From Xylanibacter ruminicola 23 (GTDB taxonomy: Bacteria > Bacteroidota > Bacteroidia > Bacteroidales > Bacteroidaceae): DNA of 32,000 nucleotides. How positions within the stretch are numbered: position 1 is the first letter of the stretch; each line of letters begins with the position of its first letter. The position numbers and the translations under genes are program-made. Positions 22,240 through 30,958 of this stretch are shown in pieces. Under the pieces are notes generated by a model that was not told the origin of the DNA, did no database searches, and saw only the letters and a list, made by a program, of their open reading frames with translations. Location of the stretch: assembly GCF_000025925.1 (NCBI RefSeq), contig NC_014033.1, positions 2,280,001-2,312,000 of the forward strand, given 5' to 3'.

Positions 22240-24228
22240 ATGTTTCGAATCAAGAAGCTAGATATATTTATAGCCAAGCAATTCGGCTTACTGTTCGTAG
22301 GAACGTTCTTCATCTGCCAGTTTGTGCTGATGATGCAGTTCCTGTGGCGCTACGTCGATGAGCTGATTGGTAAAGGTCTTTCGCTTGAGGTGATGGCCCA
22401 GTTCTTCTGGTATATGGGCTTGATGCTGATGCCTCAGGCATTCCCCCTGGCCATACTGTTGTCGTCGCTCATTGCCTTTGGTAACTTAGGTGAGAGCTCG
22501 GAGCTTACAGCCATCAAGGCTGCAGGCATATCACTTATGCAGGCATTCCGCTCGCTCATCATCATATCGGTGCTGATGGCAGGCATATCGTTCTACTTCC
22601 AGAACGTGGTAGGTCCACGAGCCAATCAGGACTTCTACCGCTTGTTGCTGGGTATGAAGCAAAAGAGCCCTGAACTTGAAATCCCCGAGGGCGTGTTCTA
22701 CGACGGTATCCCAGGCTCGAACATCTACGTACAGAAGAAAGACCTGAACACAGGTATGCTGTACGGCATTATGATTTACCGCATGACGGGCAGCTACGAG
22801 GATCAGGCCATCATCCTGGCCGACTCGGGTATGATGCAGAGTACAGCCGAAAAGAAGCACCTGCTGCTTACACTGTATAACGGCGTGTGGAACGAGAACA
22901 TGCGCTCGCAGGACCTGGCAGGTACAGCCGATGTACCCTACCGCCGCGAGACTTTTGTTACCAAGCGCATTGTACTCGACTTTGACAACAACTTCAGCAT
23001 GGCCGATATCAACGATATTGCCGGCGATGCGCGTGCAAAGAGCTTAGGAAAGATTATGCACGATAAGGATTCGCTGCAGGAGTTTAACGACAGCGTGGGC
23101 CGATCGTACTACATAGATGGTAAGCGGTTCTACTTCAGAACCAACGAGGTATCGGCCAGCGACTCTGTCAAGATATCAAAGCTGGTAGCCGAGAACAACG
23201 AATCGCTCGACTCGATGTTCACGAAGCTGAACGATGGCAAGAAAAAATCGGTTCTGCAGACAGCTCTCAACAGTGCACAGTCGTGTGCTACCGATCTGGA
23301 GATGAAGGGCGCTTATGCCAACAGTCTGCATCGCTATTTCCGTACGCACCAGATTCAGGCCATCCTTAAGTTCACGCTGGCACTCACCTGTATCATCTTC
23401 TTCTTTATCGGAGCTCCATTGGGTGCTATCATCCGCAAAGGTGGATTGGGCGTACCAGTTATTATTTCGGTATTGGTATTCATTGTGTACTACATTCTGG
23501 ACAGTACCGGACAGAAGATGGCACGCGACGACCAGTGGACCGTGTGGTACGGTATGACGATATCAACCGTGGTACTGGCCCCTATCGCCTGCTTCTTTAC
23601 CTACAAGGCTAACAACGACTCGGTGGTATTCAACATCGATATGTACAAGCAGGTGTTTATGCGCATTCTGGGATTGCGCACCCATCGCCACATCTATCGC
23701 AAGGAGGTGATTATCGAGGATCCTATCTACGCACTCGACTCGTACCACCTGCTGCAGATCAGCGAGCAGATCAAGCAGTACAGCGAGGAGCACAAGCTGC
23801 TGCATCTGCCTAACCCCATCCACGTATTCTTCCGTCCTGGCGACGACCAGACCATCGAGAAGATTGTGGGTCAGCTGGAAGATGTTATCGACGACTTGGC
23901 CAACACCAAGGACGCACAGATACTGGGCTACCTGAACCACTACCCCGTAGTGGCCACCCATGCCCACACCCGTCCGTTCCGCCGCAAGTGGCTCAACATT
24001 ATTTCGGGTTTGATTCTGCCATTAGGCATATTCTTCTACTGTCGCATGTGCCGTTTCCGCCTGCGTTTGCGCAAGGATCTGAACCGCATTCTCGAAACCA
24101 ACCAGTGGGTACTTGAGCGCGTGGCCGTATATGCGGCACCCGCCCCCAAAACCATGGAAGATTTGGAGAACATGCCATTTATAGCCGAACTGGTGCGTGA
24201 TTCTGAGACAAGAAAACATAAGGATTAA
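22240..24228 (+). CDS. LptF/LptG (YjgP/YjgQ) family permease with a ~200-aa C-terminal extension
   Basis: 662 aa. The N-terminus KKLDIFIAKQF is typical. Layout is 3 TM, a large periplasmic insert, then 3 TM, followed by an extra region from about aa 458 that contains one more hydrophobic helix. Confidence 0.8.
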   Translation: MFRIKKLDIFIAKQFGLLFVGTFFICQFVLMMQFLWRYVDELIGKGLSLEVMAQFFWYMGLMLMPQAFPLAILLSSLIAFGNLGESSELTAIKAAGISLMQAFRSLIIISVLMAGISFYFQNVVGPRANQDFYRLLLGMKQKSPELEIPEGVFYDGIPGSNIYVQKKDLNTGMLYGIMIYRMTGSYEDQAIILADSGMMQSTAEKKHLLLTLYNGVWNENMRSQDLAGTADVPYRRETFVTKRIVLDFDNNFSMADINDIAGDARAKSLGKIMHDKDSLQEFNDSVGRSYYIDGKRFYFRTNEVSASDSVKISKLVAENNESLDSMFTKLNDGKKKSVLQTALNSAQSCATDLEMKGAYANSLHRYFRTHQIQAILKFTLALTCIIFFFIGAPLGAIIRKGGLGVPVIISVLVFIVYYILDSTGQKMARDDQWTVWYGMTISTVVLAPIACFFTYKANNDSVVFNIDMYKQVFMRILGLRTHRHIYRKEVIIEDPIYALDSYHLLQISEQIKQYSEEHKLLHLPNPIHVFFRPGDDQTIEKIVGQLEDVIDDLANTKDAQILGYLNHYPVVATHAHTRPFRRKWLNIISGLILPLGIFFYCRMCRFRLRLRKDLNRILETNQWVLERVAVYAAPAPKTMEDLENMPFIAELVRDSETRKHKD

Positions 24229-24258
24229 CTACTATATATATAAATAAGGTGTAAGAAA

Positions 24259-25470
24259 ATGGAAGAGATGAAGTTGAACAGCATAGAAGAGGCCGTAAAG
24301 GACTTCGAGCAGGGTGAGTTCGTAATTGTAGTGGATGATGAAGACCGCGAGAACGAGGGCGACCTGATTATCGCTGCCGAGAAGATTACAGCAGAGAAAG
24401 TGAACTTCATGTTGAAACATGCACGTGGTGTGCTCTGCGCTCCCATCACCATTGAGCGATGCAAGGAGCTCGACCTGCCACATCAGGTGCAGGACAACAC
24501 CTCGGTTCTGGGTACACCCTTTACCGTTACAGTCGACAAACTGGAGGGTTGCACCACAGGTGTAAGTGCCCACGACCGTGCCGAAACCATCAAGGCACTG
24601 GCCGACCCAACATCAAAAGCCGAGACATTCGGACGCCCAGGACATGTAAATCCTCTTTACGCCCAGGACAACGGTGTGCTGCGTCGTAGTGGACATACCG
24701 AAGCCGCCATCGATCTGTGTCGTATGGCAGGACTCTATCCTGCAGGTGCACTGATGGAGATTATGAACGAGGATGGTACCATGGCCCGTATGCCCGAGCT
24801 CATGGCCTTTGCCAAGGAGTGGAATCTGAAGATTATCAGCATTAAAGATATGATTGCCTACCGACTGAAGAAGGAATCGCTGATTGAGGTGGGCGAAGAG
24901 GTGGACATGCCAACCGACTACGGTCACTTCCGCCTGATCCCCTTCCGTCAGAAGAGCAACGGTCTGGAGCACATGGCGCTGATTAAGGGCGAATGGAAGG
25001 AGGACGAGCCCATCCTGGTACGCGTACACTCATCGTGTATGACTGGCGACATCCTGGGCAGCAAGCGCTGCGACTGTGGTGAGCAGCTGCACAAGGCCAT
25101 GCAGGCCATCGAGAAAGAGGGCAAGGGCGTGGTGATCTACATGCAGCAGGAAGGTCGTGGTATCGGCTTGATGAACAAGATTGCCGCCTACAAGCTTCAG
25201 GAAGAGGGACTGGACACCGTGGATGCCAACGTGCACTTAGGCTTTAAGCCCGACGAGCGCGACTATGGTTGCGGTGCCCAGATGCTGCGCCACATCGGTG
25301 TGCACAAGATGCGCCTGCTTACCAACAACCCCGTGAAACGCGTGGGATTGGAGGCATACGGCCTTGAGATTATCGAGAACGTACCCATCGAGGTTACCCC
25401 CAACCAGTACAATCTGCGTTATCTGGAGACCAAGAAGAACCGTATGGGACATACGCTCCACCTGAAATAA
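24259..25470 (+). CDS. ribBA: Bifunctional 3,4-dihydroxy-2-butanone-4-phosphate synthase / GTP cyclohydrolase II
   Basis: 403 aa. RibB motifs ([19 protein letters not shown]) are followed by the RibA zinc motif (CDCG) and QQEGRGIGL. Confidence 0.95.
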   Translation: MEEMKLNSIEEAVKDFEQGEFVIVVDDEDRENEGDLIIAAEKITAEKVNFMLKHARGVLCAPITIERCKELDLPHQVQDNTSVLGTPFTVTVDKLEGCTTGVSAHDRAETIKALADPTSKAETFGRPGHVNPLYAQDNGVLRRSGHTEAAIDLCRMAGLYPAGALMEIMNEDGTMARMPELMAFAKEWNLKIISIKDMIAYRLKKESLIEVGEEVDMPTDYGHFRLIPFRQKSNGLEHMALIKGEWKEDEPILVRVHSSCMTGDILGSKRCDCGEQLHKAMQAIEKEGKGVVIYMQQEGRGIGLMNKIAAYKLQEEGLDTVDANVHLGFKPDERDYGCGAQMLRHIGVHKMRLLTNNPVKRVGLEAYGLEIIENVPIEVTPNQYNLRYLETKKNRMGHTLHLK

Positions 25471-25546
25471 CTCACAATTTGTCGCAAATTCACCTTAGGA
25501 AAGTGAAAAAGTGGCACATTTATTTCGTATTCAAAAATAAAATGCG

Positions 25547-25554
25547 TAATTTTG
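25547..25554 (+). promoter_or_regulatory. -7 box TAATTTTG for the aminotransferase gene
   Basis: Matches TAnnTTTG and lies 19 nt upstream of ATG 25573. Confidence 0.45.
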
Positions 25555-25572
25555 CACAAAATTTTTAATCAT

Positions 25573-26766
25573 ATGGCACAATTATCTAATCGTCTGCAGC
25601 GTCTGGCTCCATCGGCCACGCTGGCAATGTCTCAGAAAAGCTCCGAAATGAAGGCGCAAGGTATCGATGTTATTAACATGAGTGTTGGAGAACCCGACTT
25701 CAATACCCCCGACGCTATTAAGGAAGCTGCTAAGAAGGCAATAGACGACAATTTTTCACGTTACTCACCAGTACCAGGTTATCCCGATCTGCGCAAGGCC
25801 ATCGTAGCTAAGCTCAAGAACGAGAACCAGCTCGACTATACTGTAAATGAGATTCTGGTAAGCAACGGTGCCAAACAGAGCGTGTGCAACGCCGTAATGG
25901 CTCTGGTTAACGACGGCGAAGAGGTGATCATCCCCACCCCATACTGGGTAAGCTATCCCCAGATGGTACTGCTGGCTGGTGGTACACCAAAGTTCGTAGA
26001 GGCCGGTTTCGACCAGAACTTCAAGATGACTCCCGAGCAGCTCGAGGCAGCCATCACCCCCAAAACACGCATGATTATCCTCTGCTCGCCCAGCAACCCT
26101 ACGGGCAGCGTGTACAGCAAGGCTGAACTGAAGGCGCTGGCAGATGTAATCCTGAAGCACGACGACCTGTTTGTGCTGGCAGATGAGATCTACGAGCACA
26201 TCAACTATATCGGCAAGCACGAGAGTATCGCCCAGTTCCCTGGCATGAAGGAGCGCGCCATCATCGTAAACGGTGTATCAAAGGCGTATGCTATGACAGG
26301 ATGGCGTATTGGCTACATTGCCGCCCCAGAGTGGATTGTAAAGGGCTGTAACAAGCTGCAGGGCCAGTATACCAGTGGTCCATGCTCAGTAAGCCAGAAG
26401 GCCGCTGAGTTTGCTTACGTAGCCGATCAGCAGTGCGTAGAGGATATGCGCCAGGCATTTGAGCGCCGCCGTAACCTCATTGTCAAGCTGGCTAAGGACA
26501 TCCCCGGACTGGAGGTAAACGTGCCCGAGGGCGCCTTCTATCTGTTCCCCAAGTGCAGCAGTTTCTTTGGCAAGAGCGATGGTGAGACAACCATCAATAA
26601 CTCTACCGATTTTGCTATGTATTTGTTGGAAAAAGGTCACGTAGCAACCGTTGGTGGTGATGCGTTTGGCGACCCTGAATGCTTCAGAATGAGCTATGCT
26701 TTGAGCGATGAAAACATCGTAGAAGCAATGAAGCGCATCAAAGAAGTGGTAGCAAAACTAAAATAA
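25573..26766 (+). CDS. PLP-dependent class I aminotransferase (aspartate aminotransferase-type)
   Basis: 397 aa starting from ATG 25573 (MAQLSNRLQRL). Motifs include the SPSNPTG-like SPSNPTGSVY, the PLP-lysine motif SKAYAMTGWRIGY, and the terminal R in FRMSY. Confidence 0.88.
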   Translation: MAQLSNRLQRLAPSATLAMSQKSSEMKAQGIDVINMSVGEPDFNTPDAIKEAAKKAIDDNFSRYSPVPGYPDLRKAIVAKLKNENQLDYTVNEILVSNGAKQSVCNAVMALVNDGEEVIIPTPYWVSYPQMVLLAGGTPKFVEAGFDQNFKMTPEQLEAAITPKTRMIILCSPSNPTGSVYSKAELKALADVILKHDDLFVLADEIYEHINYIGKHESIAQFPGMKERAIIVNGVSKAYAMTGWRIGYIAAPEWIVKGCNKLQGQYTSGPCSVSQKAAEFAYVADQQCVEDMRQAFERRRNLIVKLAKDIPGLEVNVPEGAFYLFPKCSSFFGKSDGETTINNSTDFAMYLLEKGHVATVGGDAFGDPECFRMSYALSDENIVEAMKRIKEVVAKLK

Positions 26767-26822
26767 TTCGGAAATTCATAGTTAAAATGTATTAATTAGG
26801 CTTGTATTCCGCTTTATTTTGC

Positions 26823-26830
26823 TACTTTTG
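26823..26830 (+). promoter_or_regulatory. -7 box TACTTTTG for the exbB operon
   Basis: Matches TAnnTTTG, with an imperfect -33 (CTTG at 26801, 18-nt spacing). It implies an A/T-rich leader of about 48 nt before ATG 26884. Confidence 0.45.
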
Positions 26831-26883
26831 CGAGGTGAAACAAATCTTTATTTATTTATAATAACTAAAAAATTAATTATTTT

Positions 26884-27714
26884 ATGGCAACAACAACAAA
26901 GGCTGCAGCCCCAGCCAAAAAGAATTCGGGCTTTGGTGGTATTAAGGCAGCATGGATTATCCTGGTAATTTGTGCATTAGCTGGTTATGGTGTATGGTAC
27001 TTCGTAATGGGTAACCCCGACAACTTCGTTGGTGGCGATCGCAGCGGTCATCCTGCAAACCTGCTGGGTACTGTTTATAAGGGAGGTTTCGTAGTAGGTC
27101 TGATCCTGACTCTTCTCTTCACCGTTATCTGCCTGGGTATTGAGCGTTTCTTCGCTATCAAGACCGCTTCTGGTAAGATCAACCTCGCTAAGTTCACTGC
27201 ACAGGTTAAGGAGCTCATCAAGGCTCAGAAGTTCGACGAGGCTGACAAGCTTTGCGACAAGATGCAGGGTTCTGTATCTAACGTAGTTAAGGCTTCTATC
27301 GCCGCTTATAAGGACGTTGAGGGTAACGACACTCTGAAGAAGGCTGCTAAGGTTGCTAAGATCCAGCAGGCTCACGAGGAGGCTACTCAGCTTGAGATGC
27401 CTACTCTGCAGATGAACCTCCCAATGGTTGCTACCATCGTATCTCTGGGTACTCTGACCGCTCTGTTCGGTACCGTACTTGGTATGATCGGTTCGTTCCA
27501 GGCTCTGTCTGCTGGTGGTGGTGCTGACTCTATGGCTCTGTCTGCAGGTATTTCTGAGGCTCTGGTTAACACAGCTTCTGGTATCTTGACATCATGGGTA
27601 GCTACCGTAGTTTACAACTTCTTCTCAAACAAGATCGACAAGCTGACATACGCTCTCGATGAGATTGGTTACACAATCGCCGCTACATACGATTCTAACC
27701 ACAACGAGGCTTAA
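26884..27714 (+). CDS. exbB: MotA/TolQ/ExbB proton-channel protein
   Basis: 276 aa with 3 TM helices. The C-terminal half has the typical LGTLTALFGTVLGMIGSF ... GISEALVNTASGI pattern. Confidence 0.88.
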   Translation: MATTTKAAAPAKKNSGFGGIKAAWIILVICALAGYGVWYFVMGNPDNFVGGDRSGHPANLLGTVYKGGFVVGLILTLLFTVICLGIERFFAIKTASGKINLAKFTAQVKELIKAQKFDEADKLCDKMQGSVSNVVKASIAAYKDVEGNDTLKKAAKVAKIQQAHEEATQLEMPTLQMNLPMVATIVSLGTLTALFGTVLGMIGSFQALSAGGGADSMALSAGISEALVNTASGILTSWVATVVYNFFSNKIDKLTYALDEIGYTIAATYDSNHNEA

Positions 27715-27756
27715 TTTTTTACCATTCATTTATTAACGCATTAAAGCAATTAGAGA

Positions 27757-28374
27757 ATGGCAAAAATTAAGATACAGAAAAAAGACATCTGGATTGACAT
27801 GACGCCAATGTCAGACGTGATGACGCTGCTTCTGTGTTTCTTTATGTTGACTTCAACATTCTTGACACCAGAACCAGTTCAAGTCACAGCGCCTAATTCT
27901 GTGTCTGAGGTTAAGATACCAGAGCAGGACGTGCTCAACATTCTGGTAACTCCAGAGGGACGCATCTTCTGTGGTACCGAAAACAAGAACAACATGCAGG
28001 CCATGTTGGAGACCATGACAGACAAGTTTGGTATCCAGCTGAACGCCAACCAGATCAAGCACTTCCGCGAGGATGCTATGGTTGGAGCTCCAATGGCTCA
28101 GCTTGGTAACTATCTGAACCTCGATACAGAAAAGATGGGTGAGGCAATCCAGAAGCTCGGTCTGCCGCTTGATAGTATCAACGGTGGTAAGAGCGAGTTC
28201 CAGGAGTGGGTTACAGCAGCCCGCGAGGCTAACCCCGACATCAAACTCGCCATCAAGTGCGATTCTAAGACTCCTTATGCTTCAATTAAGAAGTTGATGT
28301 CAGAGCTCCAGGATATGAGCGAGAACCGTTTCCAGCTGATCACGAATCTCGATGTTAAACGTTTAAACGACTAG
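27757..28374 (+). CDS. exbD: ExbD/TolR family protein (long form)
   Basis: 205 aa. The N-terminal DMTPMSDVMTLLLCFFM motif includes the conserved TM Asp. The periplasmic domain carries an inserted segment. Confidence 0.8.
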   Translation: MAKIKIQKKDIWIDMTPMSDVMTLLLCFFMLTSTFLTPEPVQVTAPNSVSEVKIPEQDVLNILVTPEGRIFCGTENKNNMQAMLETMTDKFGIQLNANQIKHFREDAMVGAPMAQLGNYLNLDTEKMGEAIQKLGLPLDSINGGKSEFQEWVTAAREANPDIKLAIKCDSKTPYASIKKLMSELQDMSENRFQLITNLDVKRLND

Positions 28375-28381
28375 TAGTATT

Positions 28382-29047
28382 ATGGCAAAAAAGAATCTAT
28401 CAAAGCAGAAAAAGATGGATACCCGCGTGAACTTCACGCCAATGGTAGACATGATGATGCTTCTTATCACCTTCTTCATGCTGTGTACTACACTGGCTAA
28501 GCCGCAGGCTATGCAGCTTACCATGCCGTCAAACGACGACACCAAGCAGATGAACGAAGAGGATAAGCAGGTAACAAAGGCTTCTCACACTATCACACTC
28601 TATCTGGGTGCTAACGATAAGGTTTGGTATGTAGCTGGTCTGCCCAACTACGACGATCCTTCATGCGTAAAGCCAACCAGCTATGGTAAGGATGGTATCG
28701 AGAAAGTTCTTAACGAGCACACTACTGAAGAGGGTGTTAACCCCGTAGCCAAGATTAAGATGGCTAAGAAGGAGCTCGATGCTAAGAAGAATGAGTATAA
28801 CTCAAAGATGACCGACGAGCAGTATCAGGAGGCTCTGAAGAAGCTGAAGAAGGGTGAACTGCCCTCAGGCGAGAAGGTGCCTACTATGACCGTCATCATC
28901 CGTCCTCTCAACTCAGCTACCTATGAAAATATGGTTGCTGCGCTCGACGAGATGCTCATTAGCAATATTGATAAGTATGTGATTGACAATGTCGACAAGA
29001 TGAGTGACGACGATAAGGCTCTCATCGAGAAGGCAGGCGTCAAGTAA
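28382..29047 (+). CDS. exbD: ExbD/TolR family protein, second paralogue (long form)
   Basis: 221 aa. NFTPMVDMMMLLITFFML motif with the TM Asp. There is a Lys/Glu-rich insertion (KKELDAKKNEYNSKMTDEQYQEALKKLKK). Confidence 0.8.
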   Translation: MAKKNLSKQKKMDTRVNFTPMVDMMMLLITFFMLCTTLAKPQAMQLTMPSNDDTKQMNEEDKQVTKASHTITLYLGANDKVWYVAGLPNYDDPSCVKPTSYGKDGIEKVLNEHTTEEGVNPVAKIKMAKKELDAKKNEYNSKMTDEQYQEALKKLKKGELPSGEKVPTMTVIIRPLNSATYENMVAALDEMLISNIDKYVIDNVDKMSDDDKALIEKAGVK

Positions 29048-29069
29048 CCCCTAAAATGTAGAATAGACT

Positions 29070-29903
29070 ATGGCAAAAATAGATCTTATTGACAACAGCT
29101 GGGTCGACCTCGTATTCGAAGGTAAGAACCAGGCATACGGAGCTTATCAATTGCGCAAGAGCACAGGTACACGTAACCTGAAGGCACTGATCACAATGTT
29201 CGTTGGTTTTGCTATCATCGCAGCCATCGTCATCGCTAAGGTGTCTATCGATAATTACATGGCCTCTCGTAACGCTGCTATCGAAACCGACGTAGAGCTC
29301 GCCAGTCTGGCTGAGAAGAAGGAGGCTAAGGTAGAGCGCAAAGATGAGCCCGAAGTTGAGAAAATTGAGGTAGAGAAGGTAAAGAGCTCAGTAGCCTTCA
29401 CCGTTCCTGAGATTAAGAAAGACTCTGAGGTTAAGGAAGACCAGGAGATGAAGTCACAGGAAGAACTTCAGGAAACTAACACTGCAATCGGTGCATTCGA
29501 TGTAAAGGGTGACGACGATGCAGCTGGTGAGGTACTGAAGGTTAAGGAAACTATCGCAGAACCCGAGCCACCAAAGGTTGAAGAGACCAAGGTATTCGAC
29601 GTGGTAGAGGAGATGCCTCAGTTCCCTGGTGGTAGCTCAGCTCTGTTCGAGTATCTGTCTAAGAATATCAAGTATCCAGTAGTAGCCGAGGAGAACGGTG
29701 TACAGGGTCGTGTAGTTGTAACCTTCGTTGTAGAGCGTGATGGTTCTATCACCGACGTTAAGGTTGTAAAGAGCGTTGACCCATCACTCGACAAGGAGGC
29801 ACAGCGCGTTGTTAAGTCAATGCCACACTGGATTCCTGGTAAGCAGAACGGTAGCGCAGTACGTGTAAAGTACACCGTACCTGTAACATTCCGCCTGCAG
29901 TAA
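29070..29903 (+). CDS. tonB: Energy transducer TonB
   Basis: 277 aa. N-terminal TM anchor, Glu/Lys/Pro-rich linker, and C-terminal TonB domain (MPQFPGG ... YPVVAEENGVQGRVVVTFVVERDGSITDVKV ... VRVKYTVPVTF). Confidence 0.9.
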   Translation: MAKIDLIDNSWVDLVFEGKNQAYGAYQLRKSTGTRNLKALITMFVGFAIIAAIVIAKVSIDNYMASRNAAIETDVELASLAEKKEAKVERKDEPEVEKIEVEKVKSSVAFTVPEIKKDSEVKEDQEMKSQEELQETNTAIGAFDVKGDDDAAGEVLKVKETIAEPEPPKVEETKVFDVVEEMPQFPGGSSALFEYLSKNIKYPVVAEENGVQGRVVVTFVVERDGSITDVKVVKSVDPSLDKEAQRVVKSMPHWIPGKQNGSAVRVKYTVPVTFRLQ

Positions 29904-29923
29904 TTGCTCAACAAAATTTTGAA

Positions 29924-30883
29924 ATGAACGCATTCAACAAAATATATCATTTAGTTGGATTAACACTGATATTAGGCTTGTTCCCTGGATGTGGGAACAA
30001 GCCTAATCCTGAAAAGGAGCAAGCATATCAGAAGGCTGCCAGCATACTGACGGCCGACGAAAGTTTCTTCCCCATCATCGATGAGGAACTATATTATTTT
30101 ACCAATCAGACCCTCGACTCTATCACACCCGTTTACATCAACGAGCAGGATGCAGTTAAGAAGCTGATGAAACAGGAAACATGGTTGGCATTCACCACAC
30201 GCGACTTTACAAAGAAAGAGCGCCAGGACCTGATTGCCCAGAAGTTCCTGCCAAGAGCCATCCCCATCGCTTACGACGGACTGGCCATTATCGTAAACAA
30301 CTCAAACCCCGACTCGTGCATTACCATCAAGGATTTTGCACGTATCCTGAAGGGCGAGATTACCAAGTGGGACGAGATTTACCCACAGAACAAGCTGGGA
30401 GTCATCGACGTGGTATTCGACAATCCACTCTCGAGCACCGTTCGCTGGTGTGTTGACTCTATCCTTGGTGGCAAACAGTTTAAGGCTCCAAACATTGGAG
30501 CTGCCAAAACAAGTGCTGCCGTTATCGACTATGTTGAGAACCACCCCAACTCACTGGGTATCATCGGTTCGAACTGGCTGAACGACAAGCGCGACACCAC
30601 CAACGTTACCTTTAAGAAGAATATAACAGTGATGGGCGTTTCAAAGCTCGACTCAGCAACGAAGCATAACAGCTGGAAGCCCTATCAGTACTATTTATAT
30701 AATGGCAACTATCCCCTGCGCCGCACTATCTACGCCCTGCTGAACGATACCCGCAACGGTGTACCAAGCAGCTTTACACACTTTGTGCAGCTACCCAAGG
30801 GACAAAAGATTATTCTTCGCTACGGATTACTGCCACGCATAGCCAATATGAACATTAGAGATGTAATTGTAAACAATAAATAA
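29924..30883 (+). CDS. Periplasmic type-2 substrate-binding protein, PstS-like lipoprotein
   Basis: 319 aa with a lipobox-like LFPGC. The PBP-like core (AFTTRDFTKKE, IAYDGLAIIVNNSN, LGIIGSNW) is typical of the PstS-family gene that follows tonB in Bacteroidota clusters. Confidence 0.65.
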   Translation: MNAFNKIYHLVGLTLILGLFPGCGNKPNPEKEQAYQKAASILTADESFFPIIDEELYYFTNQTLDSITPVYINEQDAVKKLMKQETWLAFTTRDFTKKERQDLIAQKFLPRAIPIAYDGLAIIVNNSNPDSCITIKDFARILKGEITKWDEIYPQNKLGVIDVVFDNPLSSTVRWCVDSILGGKQFKAPNIGAAKTSAAVIDYVENHPNSLGIIGSNWLNDKRDTTNVTFKKNITVMGVSKLDSATKHNSWKPYQYYLYNGNYPLRRTIYALLNDTRNGVPSSFTHFVQLPKGQKIILRYGLLPRIANMNIRDVIVNNK

Positions 30884-30958
30884 TTTAAACCAAATTCTAA
30901 TCAAAACGTCATAAAAGAGAGAACAATAAACAGAATGTAGAACTTAAAAACAGAAATT

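Noticed and set aside
22176-24252. Exact 14-nt repeat TATAAATAAGGTGT at 22176-22189 and 24239-24252, upstream of the LptF/G-like gene and ribBA.
   Set aside because: An exact 14-mer match between A/T-rich intergenic segments is roughly expected by chance in a 32-kb window on two strands. The distances to the start codons differ (50 versus 6 nt). It is not convincing as a regulatory motif without genome-wide support.
24229-24258. A possible FMN riboswitch upstream of ribBA.
   Set aside because: Only 30 nt separate the upstream stop from the ribBA ATG. That is far too short for an FMN aptamer, and no conserved RFN-like helices are visible.
29924-30883. The PstS-like protein as part of a phosphate ABC transporter.
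   Set aside because: No pstC/pstA/pstB or phoU genes are adjacent. The gene is embedded in the Ton operon, so I annotated it only as a PstS-like binding protein.
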